64,000 bases of DNA from positions 640,001-704,000 of the forward strand of contig CAWCNY010000005.1 in NCBI GenBank assembly GCA_963797095.1. Reading direction: 5' to 3'. The stretch's first letter is position 1; the number at the start of each line of letters is the position of its first letter. The notes beneath the pieces are model-generated. The model was given only the letters and a program-made list of their open reading frames with translations, was not told the DNA's origin and made no database searches. A program made the translations under genes and the position numbers. This DNA comes from an uncultured Chloroflexia bacterium (GTDB lineage Bacteria > Chloroflexota > Chloroflexia > QHBQ01 > JADMIH01). Below, in pieces: positions 30,809 to 41,026 of this stretch.

Positions 30809-30985
30809 ATCTCATGCCCTCCTTTCGAACGATGTTTGCCATTCTGTCTGGTCTTCATTGTTAGTTACGTGGCGGGGTGGGGGAAGGTTTCAGGGTGTTG
30901 GTAGTTGGGTATAGTTCCTGGTTCCTGGTTCCTGGTTCTGACTACCGGCTACCGGCTACCGGCTACCTGCTTCTACTCCTGTAGT

Positions 30986-32908
30986 TTGAGATCCACTGAT
31001 CATTCGCGCAAATGAGAGAGGAAATTCGAAGAGGCTGATGGCAATGATGGCAATGTGGTAGCATCCAATCTATGCTACCAGATAGTAACTCTACCACCCT
31101 GACCAATGAACAGGTCAACAGCGTCCCCTTCTTGCTTGGGTTGATCGAGGACCTGGGCATTGGCTCTCTGATTGACGCCCATGTGCGTCCTCACGGCCAT
31201 TGGCAAGGGGCCAGCGTGGGCACGCTCGTCACTATCTGGCTGGCCCACATCCTCAGCGAACGCTCCCATCGTCTCGTTGCCGTTCGTGACTGGGCTGCTG
31301 CCCGTGCCCATACCATCGAAACCTTGCTGGGCATAGAATTGCGCCCTACTGATTGCACCGACGACCGCCTGGCCAATGTCCTCTCCATGCTTGGCTCTCC
31401 CTCCACCCAATCTATCCTTGATTCTGCCCTCACCCATCGCTGGATACATGGATCCGCCTCTACCGCTTGCCCTCTGACACCATCCGCCTGGACAGCACCT
31501 CGGTCTCCGTCTACCACGACTTTGACCCCGCTGAACAGGGTATCTTGCTGCAACGAGGCCACGGCAAAGCCACGGCAAAGCCAAAGCAAGGATAATCGCC
31601 CCGACCTCGCTCAGTTCAGAGTGATGCTTGCCTCGCCGCCTCCCTCGACCCGCTTGGGCTGCCCCTGTGCTGCCAGACAGTGAGTGGCAACCGCGCCGAT
31701 GACCCCTTGTACATTCCCGCCTAGGAAGCGGCAGTTGGGGCTGTAGGCACTCGCGATGTGCTGGTGGTAGGTGATTGTAAGATGGCTGCACTCGAAACGC
31801 GAGGATACATGGCCGCGCACAACAGCCGTTACTTGTGTAGGCTCTACGCTCCATGGGCTGCCCGTGAAATTGCAGGGTGGGTGGAGAGCGCCCTCGAACC
31901 TGAGCGTCGAGCCAATTGGGAGTGGGAGTGGGAGTGGGAATCGCTGGAAGTGGTAGATACGCGCACCGGGGAAATCCGTCTGGTGAGCGAGGTAGATACC
32001 CACCAACGAGCGCAGAGTTGGGTCGATCCATCGAGCGGGCGAAGAGTAGAGTGGAGCGAACGAGTGCTGTTGGTGCGCAATCAAGGGTACTGGCTCAAGG
32101 AACGAGCCAATCGGGAGCGTGCCCTGGACAAACTGGTGGCAGAGTTGGGCAAGTTATGCCTTGTACCAGGTGCGGGGCGAGGCCGACGCCGGTACGGCAG
32201 CAAAATGGAGTTGGAAGCAGAAGTTGTCAAACGGATAGCGGCCGCGGGATTCGAGGGAGCGGGAGTGGTAAGGGCACCTGTGATAGAGGTAGAGACAGAG
32301 ACAGAGACAGAGACGGTAGCCGGGCGGCCCTACTGGGTGGTTGAGCAGGTTATGGTGGAGGGAACAGCATGGGAGAGGTATGTGGATCGACTAGGGTGGC
32401 AAGTCTGTTTGACAAGCACAACAGCCGAGCAGTTGAGTACAAGGCAGGTGTTAGAGACATATTATGGGCAGGTAGTGCACGAGCGGGATTTTGCCCGGCT
32501 CAAGAGCCGAGCGGTGCATATCCGACCGGTGTATGTGCGAGATGAGCAACGGATCGCAGGGTTGGTGTGGCTGCTGATGGTGGCATTGCGGGTGCTGGTG
32601 ATGACCGAGCAGCGCCTACGAGCAGAGTTGGCCAGGCGGGGAGAAAGCTTGGGAGGCTTGAATCCGGCAAGCCGCACACAGCGAACGGTGCGACCGACCA
32701 CAGAACGTGTCCTGGATGCATTTGCGGAGATAACGCTGACGCGCTGGCAGGGAAAAGGTGGGCGATGTGGAGGACATGTCACATCTCTGAACGGGACGCA
32801 GCAGCACATCCTCGCCCTGTTGGGGTTGCCACCGGACCTGTATGATCGACTGGCTCATTCTCCTCCTTATTTTGCTGTGGGTTTGTGCGAATGATAAGTG
32901 GATCTCAG
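30986..32908 (+). mobile_element. IS1634-like insertion sequence
   Basis: Terminal IRs TGAGATCCACT(G/T)ATCATTCGC(G/A)CAAA; flanking direct repeat CTGTAGT at 30979-30985 and 32909-32915. Confidence 0.85.
31072..32894 (+). pseudogene. Disrupted IS1634-like transposase
   Basis: Split ORFs 31072-31683 and 31758-32894 with TDDRL, SKDNRPDL.Q, VGDCKM, ERDFARLK motifs; frameshifts and a stop between them. Confidence 0.8.
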
Positions 32909-32975
32909 CTGTAGTCCCTTGACAATAGGGGCTGATTGGGGTACTAAATATGGGAGTACAATGAAATAGGAAGTA

Positions 32976-33278
32976 AAGGCAACGACGGAGAGAGTAGGTT
33001 GGGCGGTCGCGCCCAGGGAGGGTATGGCCGGAGACTGTGAGCCAGCCCCGTTGAACCCGACTGAAGTTCACTCCTGAGCCGGCAGGTGAAAGGCTTCTCT
33101 GCTGCGTAGCGCGTACTGCTTACTGCGTAAGGCGGTTGGGAAGTTTGGTAGTTTGCCCCGGTTGCTCGCCGTTATTGAGTTTTGAGCGATCCACCTTCGC
33201 TAGGTGAGGGGTTGGATCGAAATCAGGGTGGTACCACGTGGCCGCGCTTCGTCCCTGGCGAGAGCGCGGTTTTTGTTT
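32976..33278 (+). promoter_or_regulatory. T-box riboswitch (Phe) with intrinsic terminator
   Basis: Stem I AGGGAG/CTGTGA motifs, specifier GAAG-TTC-A (33067-33069), T-box GGGTGGTACCACG (33226-33238), terminator CCGCGCT..AGCGCGG-TTTTTG; upstream of pheS. Confidence 0.92.
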
Positions 33279-33285
33279 GGACGGA

Positions 33286-33395
33286 AGGTGGCGAGTGGCG
33301 AGTGGCGAGTGGCGAGCGGCGAGCGGCGAGCGACGAGTGACGAGTGACCAGGAACTAGGGACTAGGGACTAGGAACTTTCGTCCTTCGTCCATCG
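33286..33395. repeat. Heptamer tandem repeats (GAGTGGC/GAGTGAC, GGACTAG, TTCGTCC)
   Basis: Visible between the T-box terminator and the pheS RBS. Confidence 0.85.
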
Positions 33396-33412
33396 TCGTC
33401 AGGGGAGGTGTT

Positions 33413-34489
33413 ATGAGTAGTTTGCAGGAACAGATTGAGGAAGCCCGGCGGGAGGCGCTTGCTTCGCTTGGTGGCGTGTCGGATAGCGCGGGGCTGGAGG
33501 AATGGAACCGCGAATGGCTTGGGAAGAAGGGGCGGCTGACGGCGCTGTTCAGGGGCGTTGGCGGGCTGCCCGCAGAGGAGCGCGCAGGTGCAGGGCAAGC
33601 TATCAATGCCGCCAAGGCCGACCTTGAGGCGGCTTATCAGGGTGCGCTGGAGACGATCAGCGCGGGGGAGCGCGAGAAGCGGTTGGAGGCCGAGGCGGTA
33701 GATATCACGTTGCCGGGACGGCCTGTGCATGCGGGGCATTTGCATGTGATCACGCAGACTGCGCGCGACATATTGAAGGCTTTTCGAGATATGGGGTTCC
33801 AGGTGTACGAGGGGCCGGATATCGAGCTTGAGGAGTATAACTTCCAGTTGTTGAATATACCGCCGGAGCACCCGGCGCGCTCGATGCAGGATACTTTCTA
33901 TGTTGACGACCGGTTGCTGGGCATGAGGCCACCGGGGGCAAGTATGGACGAATTGCCGCCGGCGGTGTTGAGGACGCATACTTCGCCCAATCAAATACGG
34001 ATGATGCGCAAGATCGCGCCACCGCTCAGGTTGATCGTGCCGGGGAAGTGCTATCGCTCGGAGGCGACGGATGCCACGCACGAGGCGTACTTCACGCAGG
34101 TGGAGGGGCTAGCGGTCGATAGGAACATCACGCTGGCCGATTTGAAGGGAACGTTGGCGGCGTTCGCCCGCGCCATGTTCGGGTCGGACAGGAAGGTGCG
34201 GTTCAGGTGCGACTATTTCCCTTATGTGGAGCCCGGGGTGGATTTGGCGATCAATTGCATCAATTGCGATGGGTCGGGGTGCAGGTCGTGCAAGTACACG
34301 GGCTGGCTGGAGATCATGGGGGCGGGGATGGTGCACCCGCAAGTGCTTCTGAACGGGGGGATCGACCCGGACGAGTACAGTGGGTTCGCGTTCGGCATGG
34401 GGCCGGAGAGGATCTCTATGCTGAGGCATGGGATTGATGACATCCGGTTGTTCTATTCGAATGATTTGAGGTTTCTGCAGCAATTCTGA
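33413..34489 (+). CDS. pheS: Phenylalanine-tRNA ligase alpha subunit
   Basis: HPARSMQDTFY, LRTHTSP.Q, FPYVEP, GFAFGMGPER. Confidence 0.98.
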   Translation: MSSLQEQIEEARREALASLGGVSDSAGLEEWNREWLGKKGRLTALFRGVGGLPAEERAGAGQAINAAKADLEAAYQGALETISAGEREKRLEAEAVDITLPGRPVHAGHLHVITQTARDILKAFRDMGFQVYEGPDIELEEYNFQLLNIPPEHPARSMQDTFYVDDRLLGMRPPGASMDELPPAVLRTHTSPNQIRMMRKIAPPLRLIVPGKCYRSEATDATHEAYFTQVEGLAVDRNITLADLKGTLAAFARAMFGSDRKVRFRCDYFPYVEPGVDLAINCINCDGSGCRSCKYTGWLEIMGAGMVHPQVLLNGGIDPDEYSGFAFGMGPERISMLRHGIDDIRLFYSNDLRFLQQF

Positions 34490-34591
34490 TTGGAATGGCG
34501 AGTGACGAGTGACGAGTGACGAATGCTGGCACTTGATGCGTGATGTGGGAGTAGGGTTGTTGCTTGCTGATTACTTGTTGGGAGGAAAGAT

Positions 34592-37231
34592 ATGCCATTA
34601 AGAGCGCCACTTTCGTGGCTTCGAGAGTATCTTGAGCTAACGGCTTCGCTTGAGGAGCTTGCGCGGCGGCTTACGCTGGCGGGGCAGGAGGTGGAGCATA
34701 TCGTGACGGTCGGTGATGAGTGGGAGAACATCTACACGGGGCAGGTAGTGAAACTGGAGAGGCATCCCAACGCCGACCGGCTGAACCTGGCTACCGTGGA
34801 ATACGGGGCGGATAGCGCGATCACGGTAGTGACGGGAGCGCCGAATATCGAGGAGGGGCAGAAGGTGGTGCTGGGGTTGCTGGGGTCGAGGTATATCGAC
34901 CAACATCAAGATCCATCAAAGGATGCGTTACCACGCAATGGCCTTAAGTGGTCGCGCCTGAAGCCCGCCAAGATACGGGGCGTGCAGACCGAGGGGATGG
35001 TGATGTCGGAGGCGGAGCTGGGGTTGTCGGAGGAGCACGAAGGGATTATCGTGTTGGACCCCGGCACGCCACTTGGCTTACCGGCGCGTGAAGTGCTTGG
35101 GGATACAGTGTTGCAGATAGATGTGACGCCTAATAATGGGCGGGTGCTGAGTATGATCGGGCTGGATAGGGAGATCTCCGCGATATTCGGGGGAAAGGTG
35201 CAGTGGCCTTCGAGCGAATGGCAGGCCGGCGGGCCATCTGTGCATGACGTACTGAAGATAGAGATAGCGGACCCCGATCTGTGCTCTCGGTACTCGGCGG
35301 CGGTGATCAAGGGGGTGCGGCTTGGGCCTTCGCCCCAGTGGATGCAGAAGCGGCTCACGCTGGCGGGGATGAGGCCGATCAGCAACATCGTAGACATTAC
35401 CAACTATGTGATGCTGGAGATGGGGCAACCACTGCATGCGTTCGATTACAACACGGTGGAGGGGCACAAGGTGATCGTGAGGCGGGCGCGGCCGGGCGAG
35501 AGGCTGGTGACGCTGGACCACGTGGACCGGGCGCTTGATCCTAATATGCTGGCGATCTGCGACGTTGAAAGACCGGTGGGGTTGGCGGGGGTGATGGGCG
35601 GATTGAACAGCGAGATCGAGGGGGAGGAAGGCGATCGTGTTGATGTGCTGCTGGAATCGGCGCATTTCGACCCCGGCAACACAAGGCGAACGGCGAGGCT
35701 GTTGCGTTTACCTTCGGAGGCGTCACATAGGTTCGAGCGGTTCGTTGACCCCAATTTGACGGTGCCCGCATTGAAGCGAGCCGCAGAGTTGATGCGGCAG
35801 TTGGGCGATGGGACTATAGCGGAGGGATATATAGATGAATATCCGGTGCCGAGCAAGCCAAAGCGGATGATGTTCTACACGTCGGAGGTGGAGCGGTTGC
35901 TGGGGATCAGGGTGGCACCAAGCCAGGTGGCCGATGTGCTGCGTAGGCTTGAGTTCGGGGTGGATATTCCGGACAACGCCGACGTGGTTGGGCAGGATAC
36001 CACGCTGATGGTGGACGTTCCTACGTACAGGAACGATGTGGTCATACAGGCCGACCTGGTGGAGGAAGTGGCGCGCATCACGGGCTACGACCTGATCCCT
36101 GAGACGTTGATCGTGGGGGGCTTGCCTCCACAGGAAGTGAATGCATCACTGGAGACGGAGGCGGAGATCCGCGATCTGATGGTGGCGTGCGGCATGGACG
36201 AGGTGATCAACTACTCGGTGACCTGGAGCGGTGCGCTTGAGAAGATGGCGGAGATGGGCGAAGGACGAAGGGTGAAGGGCGAAGGACGAGCGGAGTATGA
36301 CGCCTGGGATACGGCCCGCCTGCTGGTTACTATCGTGAACCCGGTCAGCAGCCGCCAGGATGTCATGAGGCCGACCCTGCTGCCTAATATGCTGGATACG
36401 TTGAGGAACAACTTGAAGATGCAGGCCGAAACACCGGTGCGTATCTTTGAGTTGGGCAAGGTGTACCTTTCGCCGACCGAGGCAGAGATCGAGGCGCGGC
36501 GGGAGGTTATGCGGAAGGAGCGCGAGAGGTACCCGCGCATGAACCAGTGGCCGCCCGTGGAGAACGAGGACAAGATGCCTATCGAGCCGCGCAGGATGAT
36601 GGGGATGATGGCGGGGCCGCACACGCCCCGTTCTCTGTACGCGCCCGACAGCGAGAAGGCAGAGGAGATGCTCGATTACTTCGATGCCAAGGGCGTGGTG
36701 GAGGAGTTGATAGGGCAGATGCACATCGCGGGAGTGGAGTGGGTGCCTGTGGATGCGCCACTGTTCCACCCCGGCAGGGTCGCCATGCTGCGGAAGGATG
36801 GCGTGGAATTGGGCGTGGTCGGAGAGTTGCACCCCAATCTGCTGGCGGAATGGGAGGTGCCCGCGTCGCGGGTGGCTGCCTTCGACCTGGACGTGGAGGC
36901 GCTTATAAGCGCGCTGCCTAACAGGGTGCGGTATAAGACGATCAGCGCGTACCCGCCTGTGAGACAGGATATGGCATTCGTGGTTGATGAAGGGGTGGAG
37001 GCGGCGCGAGTGGCGGAAGGGATCAGGCGAGCAGGAGGCGATGCCGTGACGGGCGTGAGCCTGTTCGATATCTACCGGGGCAAGCCTGTGCCGGAGGGCC
37101 GCAAGAGCCTGGCGTTCGCCGTGACGCTCAACTCGCCGGAGAAGCCGCTGAGCGAGGAGGAAGTGGCGCGGATACGAAAGAAGATCGAGGGAATGCTGGC
37201 GAGGGAGCTGGGAGCGCAGTTGCGCAGCTAA
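34592..37231 (+). CDS. pheT: Phenylalanine-tRNA ligase beta subunit
   Basis: HPNADRL, VDITNYVMLEMGQPLHAFD, SEASHRFER, DLVEEVARI.GY, RKSLAF. Confidence 0.98.
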   Translation: MPLRAPLSWLREYLELTASLEELARRLTLAGQEVEHIVTVGDEWENIYTGQVVKLERHPNADRLNLATVEYGADSAITVVTGAPNIEEGQKVVLGLLGSRYIDQHQDPSKDALPRNGLKWSRLKPAKIRGVQTEGMVMSEAELGLSEEHEGIIVLDPGTPLGLPAREVLGDTVLQIDVTPNNGRVLSMIGLDREISAIFGGKVQWPSSEWQAGGPSVHDVLKIEIADPDLCSRYSAAVIKGVRLGPSPQWMQKRLTLAGMRPISNIVDITNYVMLEMGQPLHAFDYNTVEGHKVIVRRARPGERLVTLDHVDRALDPNMLAICDVERPVGLAGVMGGLNSEIEGEEGDRVDVLLESAHFDPGNTRRTARLLRLPSEASHRFERFVDPNLTVPALKRAAELMRQLGDGTIAEGYIDEYPVPSKPKRMMFYTSEVERLLGIRVAPSQVADVLRRLEFGVDIPDNADVVGQDTTLMVDVPTYRNDVVIQADLVEEVARITGYDLIPETLIVGGLPPQEVNASLETEAEIRDLMVACGMDEVINYSVTWSGALEKMAEMGEGRRVKGEGRAEYDAWDTARLLVTIVNPVSSRQDVMRPTLLPNMLDTLRNNLKMQAETPVRIFELGKVYLSPTEAEIEARREVMRKERERYPRMNQWPPVENEDKMPIEPRRMMGMMAGPHTPRSLYAPDSEKAEEMLDYFDAKGVVEELIGQMHIAGVEWVPVDAPLFHPGRVAMLRKDGVELGVVGELHPNLLAEWEVPASRVAAFDLDVEALISALPNRVRYKTISAYPPVRQDMAFVVDEGVEAARVAEGIRRAGGDAVTGVSLFDIYRGKPVPEGRKSLAFAVTLNSPEKPLSEEEVARIRKKIEGMLARELGAQLRS

Positions 37232-37258
37232 ACTCGACAAAGGAAAGGGAAAGCTGTT

Positions 37259-39029
37259 ATGCGAGTGGCCGCAATCTACGATGTGCATGGGAACCTGCCC
37301 GCGCTTGAGGCGGTGCTCGATGAGGTTCGTCAAGCGAAGGTGGACTTAGTAGTGGTGGGCGGTGATGTGCTTCCAGGCCCAATGTCACGCGAAACAATTG
37401 CCTGTTTGCTGGACCTCGAAATACCTGTAGAGTTTATACAGGGCAACGGCGAACGCGAGATGCTTGCGCTGATGGCAGGCTCGGATGCGGTCGGCATCCC
37501 TGAGAGGTTTCGAGAGGGAGTGCGTTGGGTAGGCAGGCAGGTTCAGCCTGAATATGAGGGGCTGATAGCAAGCTGGCTCAAGACAGTCTCAGTAGAGATC
37601 GATGGGTTGGGGGAGGTGCTGTTTTGCCATGCGACACCGCGCAACGATACCGAGATATTTACCCGGCTCACGCCCGAAGACCGCCTCTTGCCTGTCTTTG
37701 AGGGGGTTAGTGCGCGCCTGGTCGTGTGCGGGCACACGCATATGCAATTTGACCGAACGATAGGAGGGGTGCGGGTCGTGAATGCCGGGAGCGTGGGAAT
37801 GCCGTATGGGGAAGCAGGGGCGTACTGGCTCTTGTTGGGGCCTGACGTTGAGTTTCGACATACGCGCTATGACCTGGCGGAAGCAGCTGAACGCGTTGGG
37901 AGCACTGATTATCCGCAGGCACAAGATTTCGCGGCAAATAATGTATGCTGCTGCCCGGCAGGGCACCTTACCTTCTGTGCCTCCCAATCCACCGCAAAAC
38001 AGCCCGCCGCATACCCTTTACCGGCTTGCGCTTGCCAACTACTGTCATCAGGTAGCGGTCCCACTAATCGCACCTCGTACTGCTCCTTACTGGCTACTAA
38101 TCGGGCAGAGTTGACGTAGCCAGCATCAACCAGGTGTTCAGTTGGTAACAGATCGCGTTCTTTCAGCGCCTGGTGGATCGGTTCTAATGATGCCTCATCC
38201 GTGGCGGTGGCCGAGGTGGTTTCTACGTGGGTGATCAGATGGGGTGTATCATCATCACAAGTCTCGGTGATATGAACCTTATAGCCAACCCAACGCTTTT
38301 CCCGTTTGTTGCCGGTGCGGGCCTCAACATCATAAGGCGAGACAATCAACAAACCGGCAGGGGGTAGGTCATCCACTTCCCGCCAACGCACGATTCCATC
38401 CTTGTCTGGAGCATGGAATTGCTGCAACCAAACCGCTCGCAAAACCTCTACCTGGGGCAGCCATCGTAAGCCCCTCGGCGCCCCTTCAGCATAGATCGCA
38501 CTCAGCAAGCGTACCCCATCAGCACCGATTATGGTGGCCATCGCTCTTCTGGCTTCTTTGCCTTTTGGTAGGTGATAGTCACTGGCGCGATGGCTGTAGC
38601 GCTCGACCCACTCGGGCTCGATAAGGGGGCCAAGCCAGTGGGGGTCTGCCTCTGCCAACTCATTGAGAGCTGAGCGCATGGTTTCAACACAATTGACCAG
38701 ACGGCCCACCGATCGTACCGCCGCTAGTACGTGAGTGGAGTCAGTGCGAGCACGCCCCCTTGCTTTGAGTAATCCTCGATCTTGTAGCGCTTCGAGCAGG
38801 GTATCAAGCAAGCGCATTTCGAGGCCACCAGCGATTAGGCGGGTGCGAAACTCGGACAAAACAGAGCTATCAAAGCCAGGATGGTGCAGCGGAAGGGCAA
38901 GAGCATATTTCCAAGCGAGGTGTCCGCGCACGGCGTCGGCGGCTTGTTCATCGCTCAGCAAATAATGTGCTGAATCCTCCTTCGGAGGAAGAAGCGCTCA
39001 AGGTGTTTACCCCGGCTGAATTGAAGTAG
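37259..39029 (+). pseudogene. Metallophosphoesterase (YfcE-like) interrupted near its 3' end
   Basis: DVHGN, GD, GHTH, NAGSVG motifs; the frame ...AANNV resumes as LNPPSEEEALKVFTPAELK* after 38968. Confidence 0.85.
37945..38957 (-). mobile_element. Internal fragment of an IS1182-family transposase flanked by an 11-bp direct repeat
   Basis: LSDEQAADAVR..WKYAL..FDSSVLSEFR..RTDSTHV..GYKVH..DAGY..RCPAG; GCAAATAATGT at 37934-37944 and 38958-38968; no terminal IRs seen. Confidence 0.85.
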
Positions 39030-40254
39030 ACGTTTCGCGCATTGCGATAAGGGGTGAGAAGAGCAGCCAGAGAGCCGCTACGAAGAAGCCGCCCACGGCT
39101 ACCAGCAAGGTGAAGCGGGCGCTGGTGGAGGTGGCAAGCACACCGGCTACGATAGCGCCGAGGGGGCCCGCGCCGCCTGTGAGGAACTGGGTGGTGGCGA
39201 TCACGCGGCCCAGGAGGCGGGATGAGGTGGTCATCTGGCGCAGGCTGTTCTCGCCTATTTGATAGACCTCCCAGGCTATGTCGCCCAGGAACTGGGCCAG
39301 GAACATCATGACAATCACCAGCACGACAGGGCCTGCGGCGAGAGGCACAAGTAGCTCGAAGGTGGAAGTTGTAAAGGCGGCCAGCACGAGCAGGCGGCCC
39401 AACCCGAAACGCCGCGCGAGCCGCCCGGCGCTGGCCGCGCCGATCAGCGCACCCACACCTCCCGCCGAGATCATGAGGCCGATTATGCCGCTCGAAAGGT
39501 GAAGCTCGTTGATGGCGAAGAAGGTATAGAGGGTAGCGAAGAACCAGCCGAAGAAACTCTGTAGAAGCCCGGCCACCGCCAGCGTACGAAGGATGGGGGT
39601 GCGCCAGAGGGTGGAGAGACCTTCGCGGGTCTCACGCCAGACATTGTGGGTTTCGTGGCCTTCCTCGCGCATGGGCGGGACCTCAGGGGTGCGGATCAGA
39701 GCGAGCCAGAAGGCCGACCAGAGGAAGGAGACCACGTCGAAGAGCATGGTGAAGGGAGCGCTAATCACCTGCACCAACAGGCCGACGAAGGCAGGGCCGC
39801 CTACTTCGGAGAGCGACCCGGTGAGGCTGAGGCGGCTGTTAGCCTCCATGATCTGTTCGCGCGGGACGATGCTGGGGAGATAGGAGCGGTCGGCCACGTT
39901 GAACACCAGGGTGAGGATTGCATGGAGACCAGCGGCCAGGTAGAGTTGCCAGAGATGGAGGCCGTTGAAGAAGGCCGCAATGGGGATGGTGAGGAGGGTG
40001 GCAGCGCGAAGCAGGTCGGTGGCGATCAGGAGGGGGCGGCGCGGCAGGCGGTCGACCCACACGCCCACAAAGAGGCCAAGGAGGAGCACCGGCACAGCCT
40101 GAGACACCGAAAGGATGCTCATTTGGGCGGCGGTGGCCGACATGGTGAGCACGGTAGCGTAGGCAAAGGCCTCGCGCGTAATATTCGAGCCGAACGCCGA
40201 TACAGCCTGGGCGGTCCAGAGCTTCTTAAAGTCGCTGTTGAGGCCGGTGCGCAT
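39007..40254 (-). CDS. MFS transporter
   Basis: DFKKLWTAQAVSAFGS, GVWVDRLPRR, LLGRV. Confidence 0.9.
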   Translation of the reverse strand: MRTGLNSDFKKLWTAQAVSAFGSNITREAFAYATVLTMSATAAQMSILSVSQAVPVLLLGLFVGVWVDRLPRRPLLIATDLLRAATLLTIPIAAFFNGLHLWQLYLAAGLHAILTLVFNVADRSYLPSIVPREQIMEANSRLSLTGSLSEVGGPAFVGLLVQVISAPFTMLFDVVSFLWSAFWLALIRTPEVPPMREEGHETHNVWRETREGLSTLWRTPILRTLAVAGLLQSFFGWFFATLYTFFAINELHLSSGIIGLMISAGGVGALIGAASAGRLARRFGLGRLLVLAAFTTSTFELLVPLAAGPVVLVIVMMFLAQFLGDIAWEVYQIGENSLRQMTTSSRLLGRVIATTQFLTGGAGPLGAIVAGVLATSTSARFTLLVAVGGFFVAALWLLFSPLIAMRETSTSIQPG

Positions 40255-40258
40255 CAGC

Positions 40259-40912
40259 CTATGGCTGGGCAGGTCGCGGCTCGGTGGTGTAGACCGCCTG
40301 CACCATTCCCTTGTTTATGAAGGCAAGGTCGCGCCGCCAGGTCAAGGCAGAATTGGTGTGGAGGTAGATGACAGCCTGGGTGAGCGGGAAGAAGGGGTCC
40401 TGGGCGTCGAGAAGGTTCTCGATGGTGCTGCCTTCGAGCAGATGGCAAAGGCCCGACACTACGAAGGTGGCGGTGAAGACGTAGCAGGGCCTGGGCGTTC
40501 GACTGACCTGGAACTGGCGCTGGCTGCCCAGGGGCGTGCCAGCGTTCGTAAGTCCACGCGTAGCTAGGGGCCCTGAGGGCAAGGAGCCTGGGGGGAGTGG
40601 GCCGGAAGGGAGGGGACCTGAGAGGTGGGGATCGGTTATGTTTTCGGGGGTTGCCATAGCCGCTACCACATGGATGTGGGGGCGTGCCACGAAGACGGGG
40701 TCGGTGATGGTCTTAGGGTTGGCAGTCTGGCTGAGAGGAGACAGCGATGCCTCCTCCACGATGAGGTTTTCGCGATCCCTGCGGTTCACGAGGTCCGATG
40801 TACGCTGGAAAGGGCCAAGCATAGTACCTCGGATGACGAGGGTGTTGGTATAGATTTCCACCTGATGCGCGTTCAGGCTAGCGGTGGAAAGAGTGTAGCG
40901 ATCCGTGTCCAT
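40259..40912 (-). CDS. Hypothetical protein
   Basis: 217-aa ORF, 4 nt upstream of the MFS gene; SGPL(P/A) linker repeats. Confidence 0.65.
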   Translation of the reverse strand: MDTDRYTLSTASLNAHQVEIYTNTLVIRGTMLGPFQRTSDLVNRRDRENLIVEEASLSPLSQTANPKTITDPVFVARPHIHVVAAMATPENITDPHLSGPLPSGPLPPGSLPSGPLATRGLTNAGTPLGSQRQFQVSRTPRPCYVFTATFVVSGLCHLLEGSTIENLLDAQDPFFPLTQAVIYLHTNSALTWRRDLAFINKGMVQAVYTTEPRPAQP

Positions 40913-41026
40913 AGGCTTGTCAGTGATTGGAGACTGAAGATGCTAACAACCGACAATTGATAAGCGATAGGGTATAATAGGCAGTCGGATCATACCATAA
41001 GAAATCAAGCGAGGCTAGATAGAATA

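Noticed and set aside
31915-32315. GAGTGG and GAGACA hexamer runs as functional repeats
   Set aside because: Short slippage tracts inside a decaying transposase pseudogene.
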